Positions 45,549 through 54,860 of a stretch of DNA of 64,000 nucleotides are shown here, piece by piece; position 1 is the first letter of the stretch; each line of letters begins with the position of its first letter. Location: the NCBI GenBank assembly GCA_038747545.1, contig JBCDJT010000002.1, forward strand, positions 25,041-89,040, written 5' to 3'. The DNA is from Bacteroidota bacterium (lineage in GTDB: Bacteria; Bacteroidota; Rhodothermia; Rhodothermales; JBCCMF01). The notes beneath the pieces were generated by a model, which did not search any database, was not told the origin of the DNA, and was given only the letters and a program-made list of their open reading frames with translations. The position numbers and the translations under genes were made by a program.

Positions 45549-45620
45549 TTCCGGGGCTGTTCTGCCATGCCGCAGGTCGTCCCTCTAGCGTCTCAGCCGA
45601 TCAGGTACGTCGTGGCGCGA

Positions 45621-46568
45621 TCAACGCTCCAGGAACGCCTTGACGGCTCCGGCGAACACCTGTGGCTTCTCGATTTGCAGCAGGTGGCCGCAGCGCGGAA
45701 TCTCGACGAGCGTGGCGTTGGGCATGGCTGCTTCGGCCCGCTCGAACACCTTCGCGGTAAAGCCGGGATGGAGGAACGGGTTGGGGATGAGCCCATCGTT
45801 TGCGCCGTAGATGATGAGCGTTTCCGCCGTCACCTCGCCCAGACGGTCCGTCGTGGGCTCGTCGAGCATGGCGCCCACCGATTGGATGACGGCGTAGGCG
45901 AACTCCTCAATCTCCTCCCCCTTCGCCATGCGCATGCGCTCCTCCACCATCCACTCGTACTCGTCGCGCCACGTGTAGAAGTTGCGGTTCAGGTTGGTGC
46001 GCACGACCTCTTCGCTGGAGCGCACGATGTCGTCGATCCGAAACACGTTGCGCAGCCACTTCGCTTCGCCCGGCTTGAAGGCTTCGACGCCCGCTGGCGA
46101 GGCCAGCACCAGCTTCTCCAGGCGGTCGGGGTGGTTCAGCGCAAACGTCAGCCCGATCTGCCCACCCATCGAGTGCCCGGTAACTACGGCGCGATCAATA
46201 GCGAGGGCATCCATCAGCGCCACCACCTGGTCGGCGTAGAACGCCATGCCGTACGGGAGATCGCCCTTGGCGGATTTGCCATAGCCGGGGAGGTCGAGGG
46301 CGATGACGCGGTAGTCCTCGGCGAGCAGCGGGATAGCATAGCGCCAGAAGCCCGCATTCGAAGCCAAGCCGTGGATCAAGATGATCGTCTGGTCGCCTGC
46401 GCCTTCGTCGATGTAGGCGAGGGGGAGGTCGCCATCGGTGCGCTGCGTGGCGAAGCCGTAGTCGATGTCCTGGAATTCGAGCGCAGGCATCGCGGCGTAC
46501 TTGTAGCCTGAACACGCGCCCAGCAGTAGGCTTAGCGCGCCGAGTAAAACAAGGTTCTTCATGTGCAT
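45621..46568 (-). CDS. Alpha/beta-hydrolase lipoprotein
   Basis: Lipobox LLLGACSG. HGLASNAGFW, nucleophile elbow GHSMGG, and C-terminal ...IPRCGHLLQIEKP (His). Confidence 0.85.
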   Translation of the reverse strand: MHMKNLVLLGALSLLLGACSGYKYAAMPALEFQDIDYGFATQRTDGDLPLAYIDEGAGDQTIILIHGLASNAGFWRYAIPLLAEDYRVIALDLPGYGKSAKGDLPYGMAFYADQVVALMDALAIDRAVVTGHSMGGQIGLTFALNHPDRLEKLVLASPAGVEAFKPGEAKWLRNVFRIDDIVRSSEEVVRTNLNRNFYTWRDEYEWMVEERMRMAKGEEIEEFAYAVIQSVGAMLDEPTTDRLGEVTAETLIIYGANDGLIPNPFLHPGFTAKVFERAEAAMPNATLVEIPRCGHLLQIEKPQVFAGAVKAFLER

Positions 46569-46572
46569 CTCG

Positions 46573-48126
46573 CTAGAACATCAGCCAGCTTAGGGTGACG
46601 AAGTGCGTCAACGGATTCATGGGGCGGCTGCCTTGGTTGGTGATGGTGGGCGCGTCGTAGAAGTCGCCCAGCCACGCGTAGGCCGCGCTGTACCCGACCG
46701 TCAGGAAGACGCCCAGGTTGTACTTGACCTCGGCGTTGATCTCGGTGCCGATGTACCGCCCGCCCTGCCGGGGCGCGACGTTGGAGAAGGCGGTGACCAG
46801 CCCGACCTTACCGTGCAGGCGGTTCGGAATCAGCGACTTGGAGGCCGTCAGGAAGCCCGCCGACACGCCCAGGCCGAGGTTGGAGATGTCGTGTACCATG
46901 CTGTAGAAGCGGTTGATCACCTGCGGGTCGGGGAACATGAGCAGCGCCCGGTGCGAGGTGAAGATGCCCGCCGGCGTGCCCCACACGTTGCCCGTCAGGA
47001 CCGAGTTGATGGTGCGGTCCGAGGCGCCGTTTTCGTCGCCCGTGGTGTACAGGCCTTCGAGCGAGACGAAGTCCTGATCGGTACCGCCCCACTTGTAGGA
47101 GGCGCGGGCGTTGGCAGCCACGCCCAACACATCGGCGAAGCTCACGCGCTCGTTATCGGCAGCCAGCGTATCGACCACGCCGAAGTTGGTGTTCACGAAC
47201 GCGTCAAGCCACAGGCGCGAGTTGACGAAGTCGCGGCCGTGCGAGTAGTTGAGGCCCGCCCAGAAGAGGTCGGCCTCGTACTTCTGCGAGGTGCCGGGCA
47301 GCCGGATGCGCGTGGCGCCGTTGTAATCGGCGAGCTGGCTGGTGAGTCCTTGCCCTAGCACCGACACGCCGCCCGCCTCCTTGCCCCGATCGGCCACGTA
47401 CCACGCGTTGACGCCCAGCGTGCTCTTGGCCGTGATGCGGGTCTCAAGATCGACCATGAACAGCGAGACGTCGTCGTCGAAGGCGATGAGGTTTTCCCAC
47501 AGCTGGTAGGCCCCGGCGCGGGCGTACGTGCCGTCGTTGAGCAGCCCGTACCACGTGATGCCCGTCCCCTGCGTGCCCCAGTAGGACAGCTTGCTGCCGC
47601 TGTTCTGGGCGAACTGCACCGTGTTGATGTTGGGATCGCGGGGGTTGTCGAAGATGCGCTGCAGACCGACCACGACGTTCCACGGCTGCTCGGTGGGCTT
47701 GAGGGAGATGTTGGCCAGCAGCGTCTGCATGTTCACCTGTCCGCCACCGATGCCGCCGCCTGCGTTGTTGCCTGCGCCATAGGCCCGGTCGCCGAAGGTG
47801 TAATCGATCTTGAACAGCGCACGGAAGGTCGCCAGCCCGTCCAGCACTGCCGGGCGGTACACCATGAACGGCACGAACCGCTGCTCGGTGTAGTAGGCCA
47901 GGTTGTCCGAGGTATTCGTCGAGTTGCCGCCAAACATCCGCCCGATCACCTGCCCCTGCAGGAAGTCGTTCGTGGGGCTGATGTTGCTCACGGTCGTCTT
48001 GGTGAACGAGTACCCGATGAACTGAAACTCCTTGCGCACCGGATCTTGCAGGTGCTCGATCCCGCCTTGCGCCAATACGGGGACCGCCATGCTCGTCAGG
48101 AGCGCGATCAGGGCTAGCTTCTTCAT
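46573..48126 (-). CDS. Hypothetical outer-membrane beta-barrel (porin/channel-like)
   Basis: Signal peptide MKKLALIALLTSMAVPVLAQ. 517 aa with alternating strands and a terminal ...VTLSWLMF. Start trimmed from 48204 to ATG 48126. Ends 4 nt from the downstream gene. Confidence 0.65.
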   Translation of the reverse strand: MKKLALIALLTSMAVPVLAQGGIEHLQDPVRKEFQFIGYSFTKTTVSNISPTNDFLQGQVIGRMFGGNSTNTSDNLAYYTEQRFVPFMVYRPAVLDGLATFRALFKIDYTFGDRAYGAGNNAGGGIGGGQVNMQTLLANISLKPTEQPWNVVVGLQRIFDNPRDPNINTVQFAQNSGSKLSYWGTQGTGITWYGLLNDGTYARAGAYQLWENLIAFDDDVSLFMVDLETRITAKSTLGVNAWYVADRGKEAGGVSVLGQGLTSQLADYNGATRIRLPGTSQKYEADLFWAGLNYSHGRDFVNSRLWLDAFVNTNFGVVDTLAADNERVSFADVLGVAANARASYKWGGTDQDFVSLEGLYTTGDENGASDRTINSVLTGNVWGTPAGIFTSHRALLMFPDPQVINRFYSMVHDISNLGLGVSAGFLTASKSLIPNRLHGKVGLVTAFSNVAPRQGGRYIGTEINAEVKYNLGVFLTVGYSAAYAWLGDFYDAPTITNQGSRPMNPLTHFVTLSWLMF

Positions 48127-48216
48127 GGCCAGAGCGTTTCGTGAACGGGACAATAGACACACCGAAGCGCCGCAGCAACGTGATACGCTGCGGCGCTTCG
48201 GCACGAGACAGGGTTG

Positions 48217-48948
48217 CTACTGTGCGGTTGCGCGGACGTACCGCTGCACGTTGAGCTGCATGAAGTTGCCCCCCGAGGTGCTGCCGAAGCCTGCGGCGGC
48301 CGTGGGCGGCGTGACGCCCGTGAGTGGCGGGTTCGTCTGCGCGACTTCGTAGGTCAGCACGCCATCCAGGTTCTGATAGATGCCTGCCGAGGTCAAAGTC
48401 GTCGGCGCCGATTGGCTGACCGTCACGTTACGGATGGTGCCTTCGCCTGCAGTGGCCTGCCACGTGCCCGTCAGCGTAACCTCTGAGTTGCTGGCATCCG
48501 TCGTGACAACGGTGTACGTACCGTCGGCGCGGAAGTCGGCGGTGATGCGGACGGTGTTGAACGGCGGGGCGGCCAGCAGCGGGGCGATGTTCGTCCCTTC
48601 GGAGACCCAGTTGCCCACGAGCGGGTCGTTCACGGTGAAGTCGATGGCGTCTGTGTCGTCGCCACGGCTGACCTGGATGGTGGTCGCGCCAATCGGGGCG
48701 CCATCGGGCACCGTCGTGACGATCTGGGTTTCGCTGACGGAGGTGACGGTGGCCGAGGTAGGCCCGAAGCGGACGCTGAGGCCCGCCGTGGCATCGCCAA
48801 AGTTCTCGCCCGTGATGGTGACGCTCACGCCGCCGTTGCCGTTGTCAGGCGTGACCGAGAGGATGGTGATGCCTTCGTCGCCGCCGCTGTCACAGCCGAC
48901 GAACACGAACGCCAGGAAGACGAGGGAGAGGAGAGAAGTGAGTCGCAT
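48217..48948 (-). CDS. Lipoprotein with IPT/TIG-like domain and C-terminal lipocalin-like region
   Basis: Lipobox FVFVGCDSGG. ITILSVTPDNGNGGVSVTITGENFG...IVTTVPDGAPIGATTIQV is IPT/TIG-like. A GNW...GTYTVV...LTGTW pattern is reminiscent of lipocalin-like domains (weak, by eye). Confidence 0.6.
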   Translation of the reverse strand: MRLTSLLSLVFLAFVFVGCDSGGDEGITILSVTPDNGNGGVSVTITGENFGDATAGLSVRFGPTSATVTSVSETQIVTTVPDGAPIGATTIQVSRGDDTDAIDFTVNDPLVGNWVSEGTNIAPLLAAPPFNTVRITADFRADGTYTVVTTDASNSEVTLTGTWQATAGEGTIRNVTVSQSAPTTLTSAGIYQNLDGVLTYEVAQTNPPLTGVTPPTAAAGFGSTSGGNFMQLNVQRYVRATAQ

Positions 48949-48969
48949 AGTAGGGACCTGGTTTGTGGT

Positions 48970-50478
48970 TTAGGAGCGGTTTTGGTGGATTAAGTCGCGT
49001 TTCTGGATCTTCCCCGAGGCGCTTTTGGGCAGCTCCGGGAGATGCGTGAAGTGTTTGGGCACCTTGAACTTGGCAAGGTTGGCTTGGCAGAAGCGCTTCA
49101 AGGCTTCGATGGCCAGCGGCGTGCCGTCGGTGGTGGCATAGAAGGCGTGGCCCACCTCGCCCCACCGCTCGTCGGCAACGCCCACCACGGCGGCCTCTTT
49201 GATGGCGGCGTGCGCGCGCAGCACGTGCTCCACCTCGGCGGGGTACACGTTCTCGGCGCCGCTGATGAACATGTCTTTCTTGCGGTCCACGATGTAGACG
49301 TAGCCCTCGGCGTCGCGGCGCACGAGATCGCCCGTGCGGAGCCAGCCGTCCTGGATGGTGGCGCGCGTGGCCTCGGGGTTGTTCCAATAGCCCGGCGTGC
49401 AGACCGGCCCCTTGAGCAGCAGTTCGCCCACCTCGTCCACGCCTACCTCGCGGTCCTGCTCATCGACGATCTTGATGTCGATGTAGAAGTTGGCGAAGCC
49501 CACCGAGCCGATCTTGCGCACCGCGTCCTCTTCGTTCAGCGAGAAGACGTTCGGGCCGAACTCCGTCAGCCCGTACCCTTGGCGGATGGGCACGCCCTTC
49601 GCGTTCCACTGCTCGATCAGCCCCAACGGCATCGGCTCGCCGCCGACGATGGCGTACCGGATCGACGCCAGCGAGCAGGAGGCAAACGAGGGCGCGTCGG
49701 CCATCATCTGCATCATGGTAGGCACGCCGAAGAGGATGGTAGCGCTTTCGGCATCGGACAGGCGAAGGATGGCGTCGGCGTCGAACTTCTTGAGCAGGAT
49801 CACCGTGCCGCCGCGATGCAGTACCGGCGTCGTCAGCACGTTCCAGCCGCCCGTGTGGAAGAACGGCGCGAAGGTCAGGATGACCTCGTCTTGGGTGAGG
49901 TTGAGCCGCAGCCCAGTGTTGACCGAGTTCCAGAAGAGCATCTGGTGCGTGATGAGCGCGCCCTTGGGGCGGCCCGTCGTCCCCGAGGTATAGAGGATCA
50001 TGCACGCGTCCTCGAACTGCGCTGCCACAGTCGTGGTGGGCGGCTCGGCTACTGCCTGTGCATCGGCCACGAAGGCGTCGAACGACGTGCGGGCGGGCAG
50101 GTGGTCGGCCAGCGCCTCGGCAGCATCTTGGTAGTCGGCGTCGTGGATGAGCAGCGCGGGCGTCGCATCCTGCAGCTGGAACGCCAGCTCGGGCACTGCC
50201 AGGCGGTAGTTGAGCGGCAGCAGGATCGCGCCCAGCCGCTGGAGCGCGAAGAACAGCGCTACGTACGCGATGCGGTTCTGCGCCAGCACCGCCACGCGGT
50301 CGCCGTGCTGCACGCCGTAGTCCCGCCGCAGCACCGCCGCCATCTGCTCCACGAGCCGGTACAACTCGCGGTAGGTCAGCTGCTCGCCCGTCTCGATGCT
50401 GCGCAGCGCCACCTTCTGCGGCGCGTAGACGGTCCAGCGCCCGATCCAATCCAGTTCTATGTGCGGTGTCGCGCTCAT
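48970..50478 (-). CDS. Adenylate-forming enzyme (acyl-CoA synthetase / AMP-dependent ligase family)
   Basis: 502 aa from ATG 50478. ILYTSGTTGRPKGALITH, GYGLTE, TGDLVRRDAEGYVYIVDRKKDMFISGAENVYPAEVE and a terminal SGKIQKRDL. The track ORF (to 51093) is over-extended through the upstream gene. Confidence 0.9.
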   Translation of the reverse strand: MSATPHIELDWIGRWTVYAPQKVALRSIETGEQLTYRELYRLVEQMAAVLRRDYGVQHGDRVAVLAQNRIAYVALFFALQRLGAILLPLNYRLAVPELAFQLQDATPALLIHDADYQDAAEALADHLPARTSFDAFVADAQAVAEPPTTTVAAQFEDACMILYTSGTTGRPKGALITHQMLFWNSVNTGLRLNLTQDEVILTFAPFFHTGGWNVLTTPVLHRGGTVILLKKFDADAILRLSDAESATILFGVPTMMQMMADAPSFASCSLASIRYAIVGGEPMPLGLIEQWNAKGVPIRQGYGLTEFGPNVFSLNEEDAVRKIGSVGFANFYIDIKIVDEQDREVGVDEVGELLLKGPVCTPGYWNNPEATRATIQDGWLRTGDLVRRDAEGYVYIVDRKKDMFISGAENVYPAEVEHVLRAHAAIKEAAVVGVADERWGEVGHAFYATTDGTPLAIEALKRFCQANLAKFKVPKHFTHLPELPKSASGKIQKRDLIHQNRS

Positions 50479-51512
50479 GGGCTCCAGAAGGGTAAAACGT
50501 GGGCTAAGAACTCGTCGGGGCGCTCGATGTAGGGCGAGTGGCCCGTGCCTTCCATCACGACTTCGCTGTAGGCGCCGCCCTTGGCGCGCCGCTGCTCCAG
50601 CACGTAGCGCGTCTGCGCGACCATCGGCTGCGGCGGGTAGAGCGCTTCGCCGGGGTAGTTTGGGATGAGGCCCAGCGTTCCGAGTGTGCCAAAGTCGAAG
50701 AGGGACGCATCGCTGACGATCTGGTCCTGGTCGCCGCGCACCCACAGCACCGGCACGCTGGCCGTGGCCTCGATGAAGCGCGCCACGGTGTCGCTCAGGT
50801 GCTTCGGCGAGACGGCGTTGAGCGGCCCCCATACGCCGGGCCGCACGAACGGGTAGTGCTCGGACGCCTCGAAATCGCCTGGGTAAAACTGCTCGCCAAT
50901 CTGCATCGCCAGCAGGCCGTCCAGCAGTTCGTCCTCGGCGGGTGTTGTGAACGACGGGTGCCAGTAGTAGGTGTTCATCACGGCGCGCGGGCTGGCGTTC
51001 GGGTCGTCCAGGCTGCGGTCGTCGGCCTTCAGGCGCTCCACGAAGACCGGATTGGCGATGCCGCCGCCCGAGCCTGCGAAGTCGGGCCAGCACGGTTCGC
51101 CTTGCTCGCCCTTGGAGCCACCAAAGCCATATGGCGAGCCGGGGTTGACCAGCGTGGCGCTTGCGAAGCGCTCGGGGTGGCTTCCCAGGAGCGCGTACAG
51201 GATGTTGCCGCCCAGCGAGTGCCCCACCACATGCACCTGCGCGTGGCCCAGGTGGTCGAGTAGCGCGATGAGGTCATCCACCACATCGCCGAAGCCGCGC
51301 GTAGCGTCGATGGGCCGCGCCTCGGTGGCGCCGTAGCCGCGCGTGTCGGGCGCGAGGGCGGTGAAGCGCTCGGGGAGCCGCGCCATCAGGTCCTTCCAGA
51401 AGACGGACGACGATCCGTTTCCGTGGACGAGCAGGACGACGGTCTCGCCGCCGGGCCTCACCAACGCGTGCTGCGCCAGCCGCGCCGTGGGATAGGTGAC
51501 AGCGTGGATCAT
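50475..51512 (-). CDS. Cytoplasmic alpha/beta hydrolase with large lid insertion
   Basis: 345 aa from ATG 51512. VVLLVHGNGSSSVFW, GHSLGG, a lid of about 110 aa, VRGDQDQIV and GTGHSPYIE. ATGA overlaps at both ends (51509-51512 and 50475-50478). Confidence 0.85.
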   Translation of the reverse strand: MIHAVTYPTARLAQHALVRPGGETVVLLVHGNGSSSVFWKDLMARLPERFTALAPDTRGYGATEARPIDATRGFGDVVDDLIALLDHLGHAQVHVVGHSLGGNILYALLGSHPERFASATLVNPGSPYGFGGSKGEQGEPCWPDFAGSGGGIANPVFVERLKADDRSLDDPNASPRAVMNTYYWHPSFTTPAEDELLDGLLAMQIGEQFYPGDFEASEHYPFVRPGVWGPLNAVSPKHLSDTVARFIEATASVPVLWVRGDQDQIVSDASLFDFGTLGTLGLIPNYPGEALYPPQPMVAQTRYVLEQRRAKGGAYSEVVMEGTGHSPYIERPDEFLAHVLPFWSP

Positions 51513-53053
51513 GCGGCGGATACCTCTGGGGTGTTGGAGGTGGAGTGCGCCGCGCCATCGGTAGCGAACAGCGAACTGCCCAGAACGATCAGCACCGAGG
51601 AGGCGATGGCGACGGCGGCGGCCACGCCGGGGTTCTCGCCCGTGGCCGCGGTAAACGGCACCGCGAGCTGGCCGTAGTACATCGAGAAGTGGATGACCAC
51701 GGCGGCCACGGAGGCGACCATGATGCCGCGCCGGTTCGCCTTCCAGCCAAACAGCCCAAACAGGATGGGCACGAAGGCCGCCGAGAAGTACGCGTAGACG
51801 CCGTTCTGCGCGAAGATGCCGACGCTCAGCTTGGGGTTGACCAGCTGATCCCACGAGATGAACACGCAGGCTACGCCCAGCGCCACAATCACCCACTTGT
51901 TGACCTGCACGCCGCGCTGCTCAAAACCGTCCAGCTTGCCCATCCGGCCCGCCAGCGGCTTCAGGATGTCCTGCGTGATGGAGACCGAGATGGACTGGAT
52001 CAGCCCCTCCATCGTGGAGAGGCCCGCCGAGATGAGCCCCATCACCACGATCAGCCCGATGAAGACGGGAAACTCGCTCACCACATACGCCGACACCAGC
52101 CCGTCGAGCGGGATCGCAGCGCCGTTCGCCGAGAGGTCGGGGAAGGCGAGGCGGATGTACAGGCCGGCGATCACCACGAGGAAGAACAGCATCTGCACAC
52201 TGGCGCCCACGAGCAGGTAGCGGTTCACATCACGGTCGCTCTTGAGCAGCAGCGACTTCGTCAGGATGTGCGGCTGGCAGATGATGGCGATGCCGACGAT
52301 GAATTGGCAGACGAAGATCTCGAAGTAGTCGCGGAAGAGGAAGCTGTCGTTGTTAGTTGTGGCGATGAGCTTGGGGTCGATGGCGCTCAGCTTGTCTAGG
52401 AAGCCGCGCACGCCGTTGCTGAAGTGCTCGTAGCCCGAGGTCAGGAGCACCACGGCCACGATCAGCATGAGCACCGCTTGGATCGTGTTGGTGTAGACCA
52501 TCGAGTTGGCCCCGCCGAACATCATGTAGCCAAACACGAAGACGACGATGCCCAGCAGCGCTGCCCACTCGGGGATGTTCAGCGTGCTCGACAGCACCTT
52601 GGTGAGCCCCACGCAGATGAGCACCAGGAACGTGATGAGTAGCAGCGAGAGCACGGCGAAAAAGACGCCGAAGCCCTTGCTCTGGTAGCGCGTCTCCATC
52701 CACTGCGCCATCGTCAGCGCCTTCACCGAGTGGCCGTGCTTGCGGAAACCCTTGGTGAGCACCACCAGCGAGATCAACGCGGCCACCGGCAGCGCAATCG
52801 CCATCGACAGGATGCCGCTGATGCCGTAGACGGCGACGAAGCCGGGGTTGATGATGAACGTAGCCGCACTCGTGATGGACGCCGCCAGCGACAACCCGAC
52901 CGCCGTGGGCGAGAAGAGGATGCTGCCTACGGCGTAGTCGTCGACGGAGCGGATCTCGCGCGCGCCGCGAATCACAAAGAAGAGGATGGCCCCCGCGTAC
53001 GCGAGCACCAGGACCCATCCGGCAATGACCATACTTTGCGATGCAAGGCTCAT
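51509..53053 (-). CDS. Sodium:solute symporter (SSS/SLC5) family transporter
   Basis: 514 aa, about 13 TM segments. The N-terminus ...FFVIRGAREIRSVDDYAVGS... is typical of SSS members. Confidence 0.9.
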   Translation of the reverse strand: MSLASQSMVIAGWVLVLAYAGAILFFVIRGAREIRSVDDYAVGSILFSPTAVGLSLAASITSAATFIINPGFVAVYGISGILSMAIALPVAALISLVVLTKGFRKHGHSVKALTMAQWMETRYQSKGFGVFFAVLSLLLITFLVLICVGLTKVLSSTLNIPEWAALLGIVVFVFGYMMFGGANSMVYTNTIQAVLMLIVAVVLLTSGYEHFSNGVRGFLDKLSAIDPKLIATTNNDSFLFRDYFEIFVCQFIVGIAIICQPHILTKSLLLKSDRDVNRYLLVGASVQMLFFLVVIAGLYIRLAFPDLSANGAAIPLDGLVSAYVVSEFPVFIGLIVVMGLISAGLSTMEGLIQSISVSITQDILKPLAGRMGKLDGFEQRGVQVNKWVIVALGVACVFISWDQLVNPKLSVGIFAQNGVYAYFSAAFVPILFGLFGWKANRRGIMVASVAAVVIHFSMYYGQLAVPFTAATGENPGVAAAVAIASSVLIVLGSSLFATDGAAHSTSNTPEVSAA

Positions 53054-53062
53054 AGCGCGTTC

Positions 53063-54052
53063 CTACCACCTGAAGGCGTTGCAGGCGAACGTGAGACCGC
53101 CGCCCGAGCCCATCAGCACGAAGATGTCGCCCGGCTGGAGCTCGCCACGCCGCACCGTGATGTCCATCGCCATACCGATAGCCGCCGAGCCCGTGTAGCC
53201 ATAGGTGCTCATGATCGTAGGCGCCACCGCGCGGTCGAGCCCCAGGTTGTCCATCGTCTCATGGATCTGGTTAATGTTGATCTGGGTCATGAACGCCTTC
53301 TTGATGTCGGACACGGCAAAGCCGCCGCGCTCGGCCACCGTCTGGATCATCTCCGTCCACATCAGCGGATTCAGCTCCTTGGGGAATTTCTTGGCGAAGA
53401 CCAGCTTGTGCTGCTGCTGCTGCACGCTCTCCGCGGTAGTGGGCAGCGCCGAGCCGCCGTGGTAGATGCCCATGTAGTCGTTGTACTCCCCCTTCGTCCG
53501 GCTGTCCGAGGCGAGGTGGTAGGGCTGGTCGGCGTCGATGGCTTTGACGACGCCTGCGGCGGCGCCATCGGCGAAGAGGGTCACGGTCTTCTTGTCGTCC
53601 AGGTTGAGAAAGCGGCTCATCCCATAGGCGCCGATGACAAGCGCATGGGTGTAGCGCTCGTCGGCCTTGAGGAAGTTGGCCGCCGTCTCTGCTGCCATGA
53701 CAAACCCGGCGCAGGCGGTGTTCAGGTCGAAGCTCGTCGCCTGCGTCAGCCCCATGCGGTCGCAGACGACGGCAGCGGTGGAGGGCGAGATGAACTCGGG
53801 CGTGTCGGTGGAGATGATGACGAGGTCGATGTCTTCCGGGCCGACCTGCGCCATGCTGAGCGCGTTGTCTGCCGCCGCCACGCAGAAGTCGCTCAGGCGC
53901 TCGCCGTCCTGCATCCAGCGCCGCTCGCGGATGGTCAGGTTCTCTCGCAGCCACGTGTCCACGTCCTGCCCCAGCCGCTCGTTGAACCAGCTGTTGGGCA
54001 CCACGTGGTCGGGAACGGCCATGCCGGTGCCGATGAAGCGGACCGTCCTCAT
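53063..54052 (-). CDS. KAS-III (FabH)-like thiolase-fold protein retaining the active-site Cys but apparently lacking the catalytic His and Asn
   Basis: 329 aa from ATG 54052 (ATGA overlap with the SDR stop). FDLNTACAGF (Cys). MTQIN sits where FabH has PHQAN, and YGYTGSAA where FabH has HGNTSAAS. C-terminal GSGGGLTF. Confidence 0.85.
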   Translation of the reverse strand: MRTVRFIGTGMAVPDHVVPNSWFNERLGQDVDTWLRENLTIRERRWMQDGERLSDFCVAAADNALSMAQVGPEDIDLVIISTDTPEFISPSTAAVVCDRMGLTQATSFDLNTACAGFVMAAETAANFLKADERYTHALVIGAYGMSRFLNLDDKKTVTLFADGAAAGVVKAIDADQPYHLASDSRTKGEYNDYMGIYHGGSALPTTAESVQQQQHKLVFAKKFPKELNPLMWTEMIQTVAERGGFAVSDIKKAFMTQININQIHETMDNLGLDRAVAPTIMSTYGYTGSAAIGMAMDITVRRGELQPGDIFVLMGSGGGLTFACNAFRW

Positions 54053-54792
54053 ATGATCACGCCTCCGTCTACGCTGAGCGTGGTGCCCGTGATGAAACTG
54101 GCGTGCTCCGAGGCGAGAAACACGTAGGCGTTGGCAATGTCCTCGGGCCGACCCATGCGCTGGAGCGGCGTCTTCGACACCATGCCGTCGATCACGGTCT
54201 CCGGCATCTTCTGCACCATCTCGGTGGCGATGAAGCCCGGTGCCACGGCGTTCACGCGCACGCCCTTGCGGCCCAGCTCGCGGGCCCACGTCTTCGTCAT
54301 CCCAATCACGCCCGCCTTGGTAGCCACGTAGTTGGTCTGCCCGAAATTCCCGTAGAGCCCCACCACCGAACTGGCGTTGAGGATCACGCCCGACCGGGCC
54401 TCAACCATGAACGGCGCCACGGCCTTGGTGCAGTTGAAGACGCCCGTCAGGTTAACGTCGATGACCTGCTGCCACGTTTCGGCGTCCATCTTCATCAGCG
54501 TGCGGTCCTTGGTGATGCCCGCGTTGTTGATGAGCACATCCACGCGCCCTGTCCGTGCAACGGCATCCTCCACGGCGGCCTGCACCTCGTCTAACTGCGT
54601 GACGTTTACCTTGCTGAAGGCCGCGGCGTGCCCATGTTCTGCCAGTTCAGCGACAAGCGCTTGGCCCAACGCCTCGTTGACATCCCAGCACTCGATGCGC
54701 GCGCCCAGGCCGGCAAATGCCTGAACGGTGGCCCGCCCTATGCCTGCAGCGCCTCCGGTAACGATGACCGTCTGGTCTTTGAACGAAAACAT
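54049..54792 (-). CDS. Classical short-chain dehydrogenase/reductase, FabG-like (3-oxoacyl reductase type)
   Basis: VIVTGGAAGIGRA, NNAGI, S...YVATK and GVRVNAVAPGFIATEM. ATG 54792 is preferred over the track start at 54819, which lies in an AT-rich palindrome. Confidence 0.9.
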   Translation of the reverse strand: MFSFKDQTVIVTGGAAGIGRATVQAFAGLGARIECWDVNEALGQALVAELAEHGHAAAFSKVNVTQLDEVQAAVEDAVARTGRVDVLINNAGITKDRTLMKMDAETWQQVIDVNLTGVFNCTKAVAPFMVEARSGVILNASSVVGLYGNFGQTNYVATKAGVIGMTKTWARELGRKGVRVNAVAPGFIATEMVQKMPETVIDGMVSKTPLQRMGRPEDIANAYVFLASEHASFITGTTLSVDGGVII

Positions 54793-54804
54793 ATATTTGT
54801 AGTG

Positions 54805-54820
54805 TTTGAAAATTTTCAAA
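54805..54820. promoter_or_regulatory. Perfect 16-bp palindrome TTTGAAAATTTTCAAA between the regulator gene and the SDR gene (candidate operator)
   Basis: Read directly. It overlaps TACATTTG on the coding (minus) strand, which fits the Bacteroidota -7 consensus TAnnTTTG, and lies 12 nt upstream of ATG 54792. Confidence 0.45.
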
Positions 54821-54860
54821 TGTAGGGTGTGACGCGTGCCCCATGCTTCCTGTACCCGGC

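Noticed and set aside
45621-54792. Calling the SDR, KAS-III-like, hydrolase and ligase genes a bona fide oleABCD olefin cluster
   Set aside because: Only the enzyme classes match. The reductase is a 247-aa classical SDR rather than an OleD-type enzyme. The KAS-like protein lacks the His/Asn that OleA retains. The ligase looks like a generic acyl-CoA synthetase with the terminal catalytic Lys. A symporter interrupts the set. I kept this as a hypothesis in the findings, not as an annotation.
54793-54819. Upstream start (MKIFKHYKY...) for the SDR and the 55469 start (MGYYPARPRSRDIQRTNRKKY...) for the regulator
   Set aside because: Both extensions lie in AT-rich, palindrome-containing, intergenic-looking DNA and add residues not expected for the families. 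The shorter starts are preferred, but the regulator start in particular remains uncertain.
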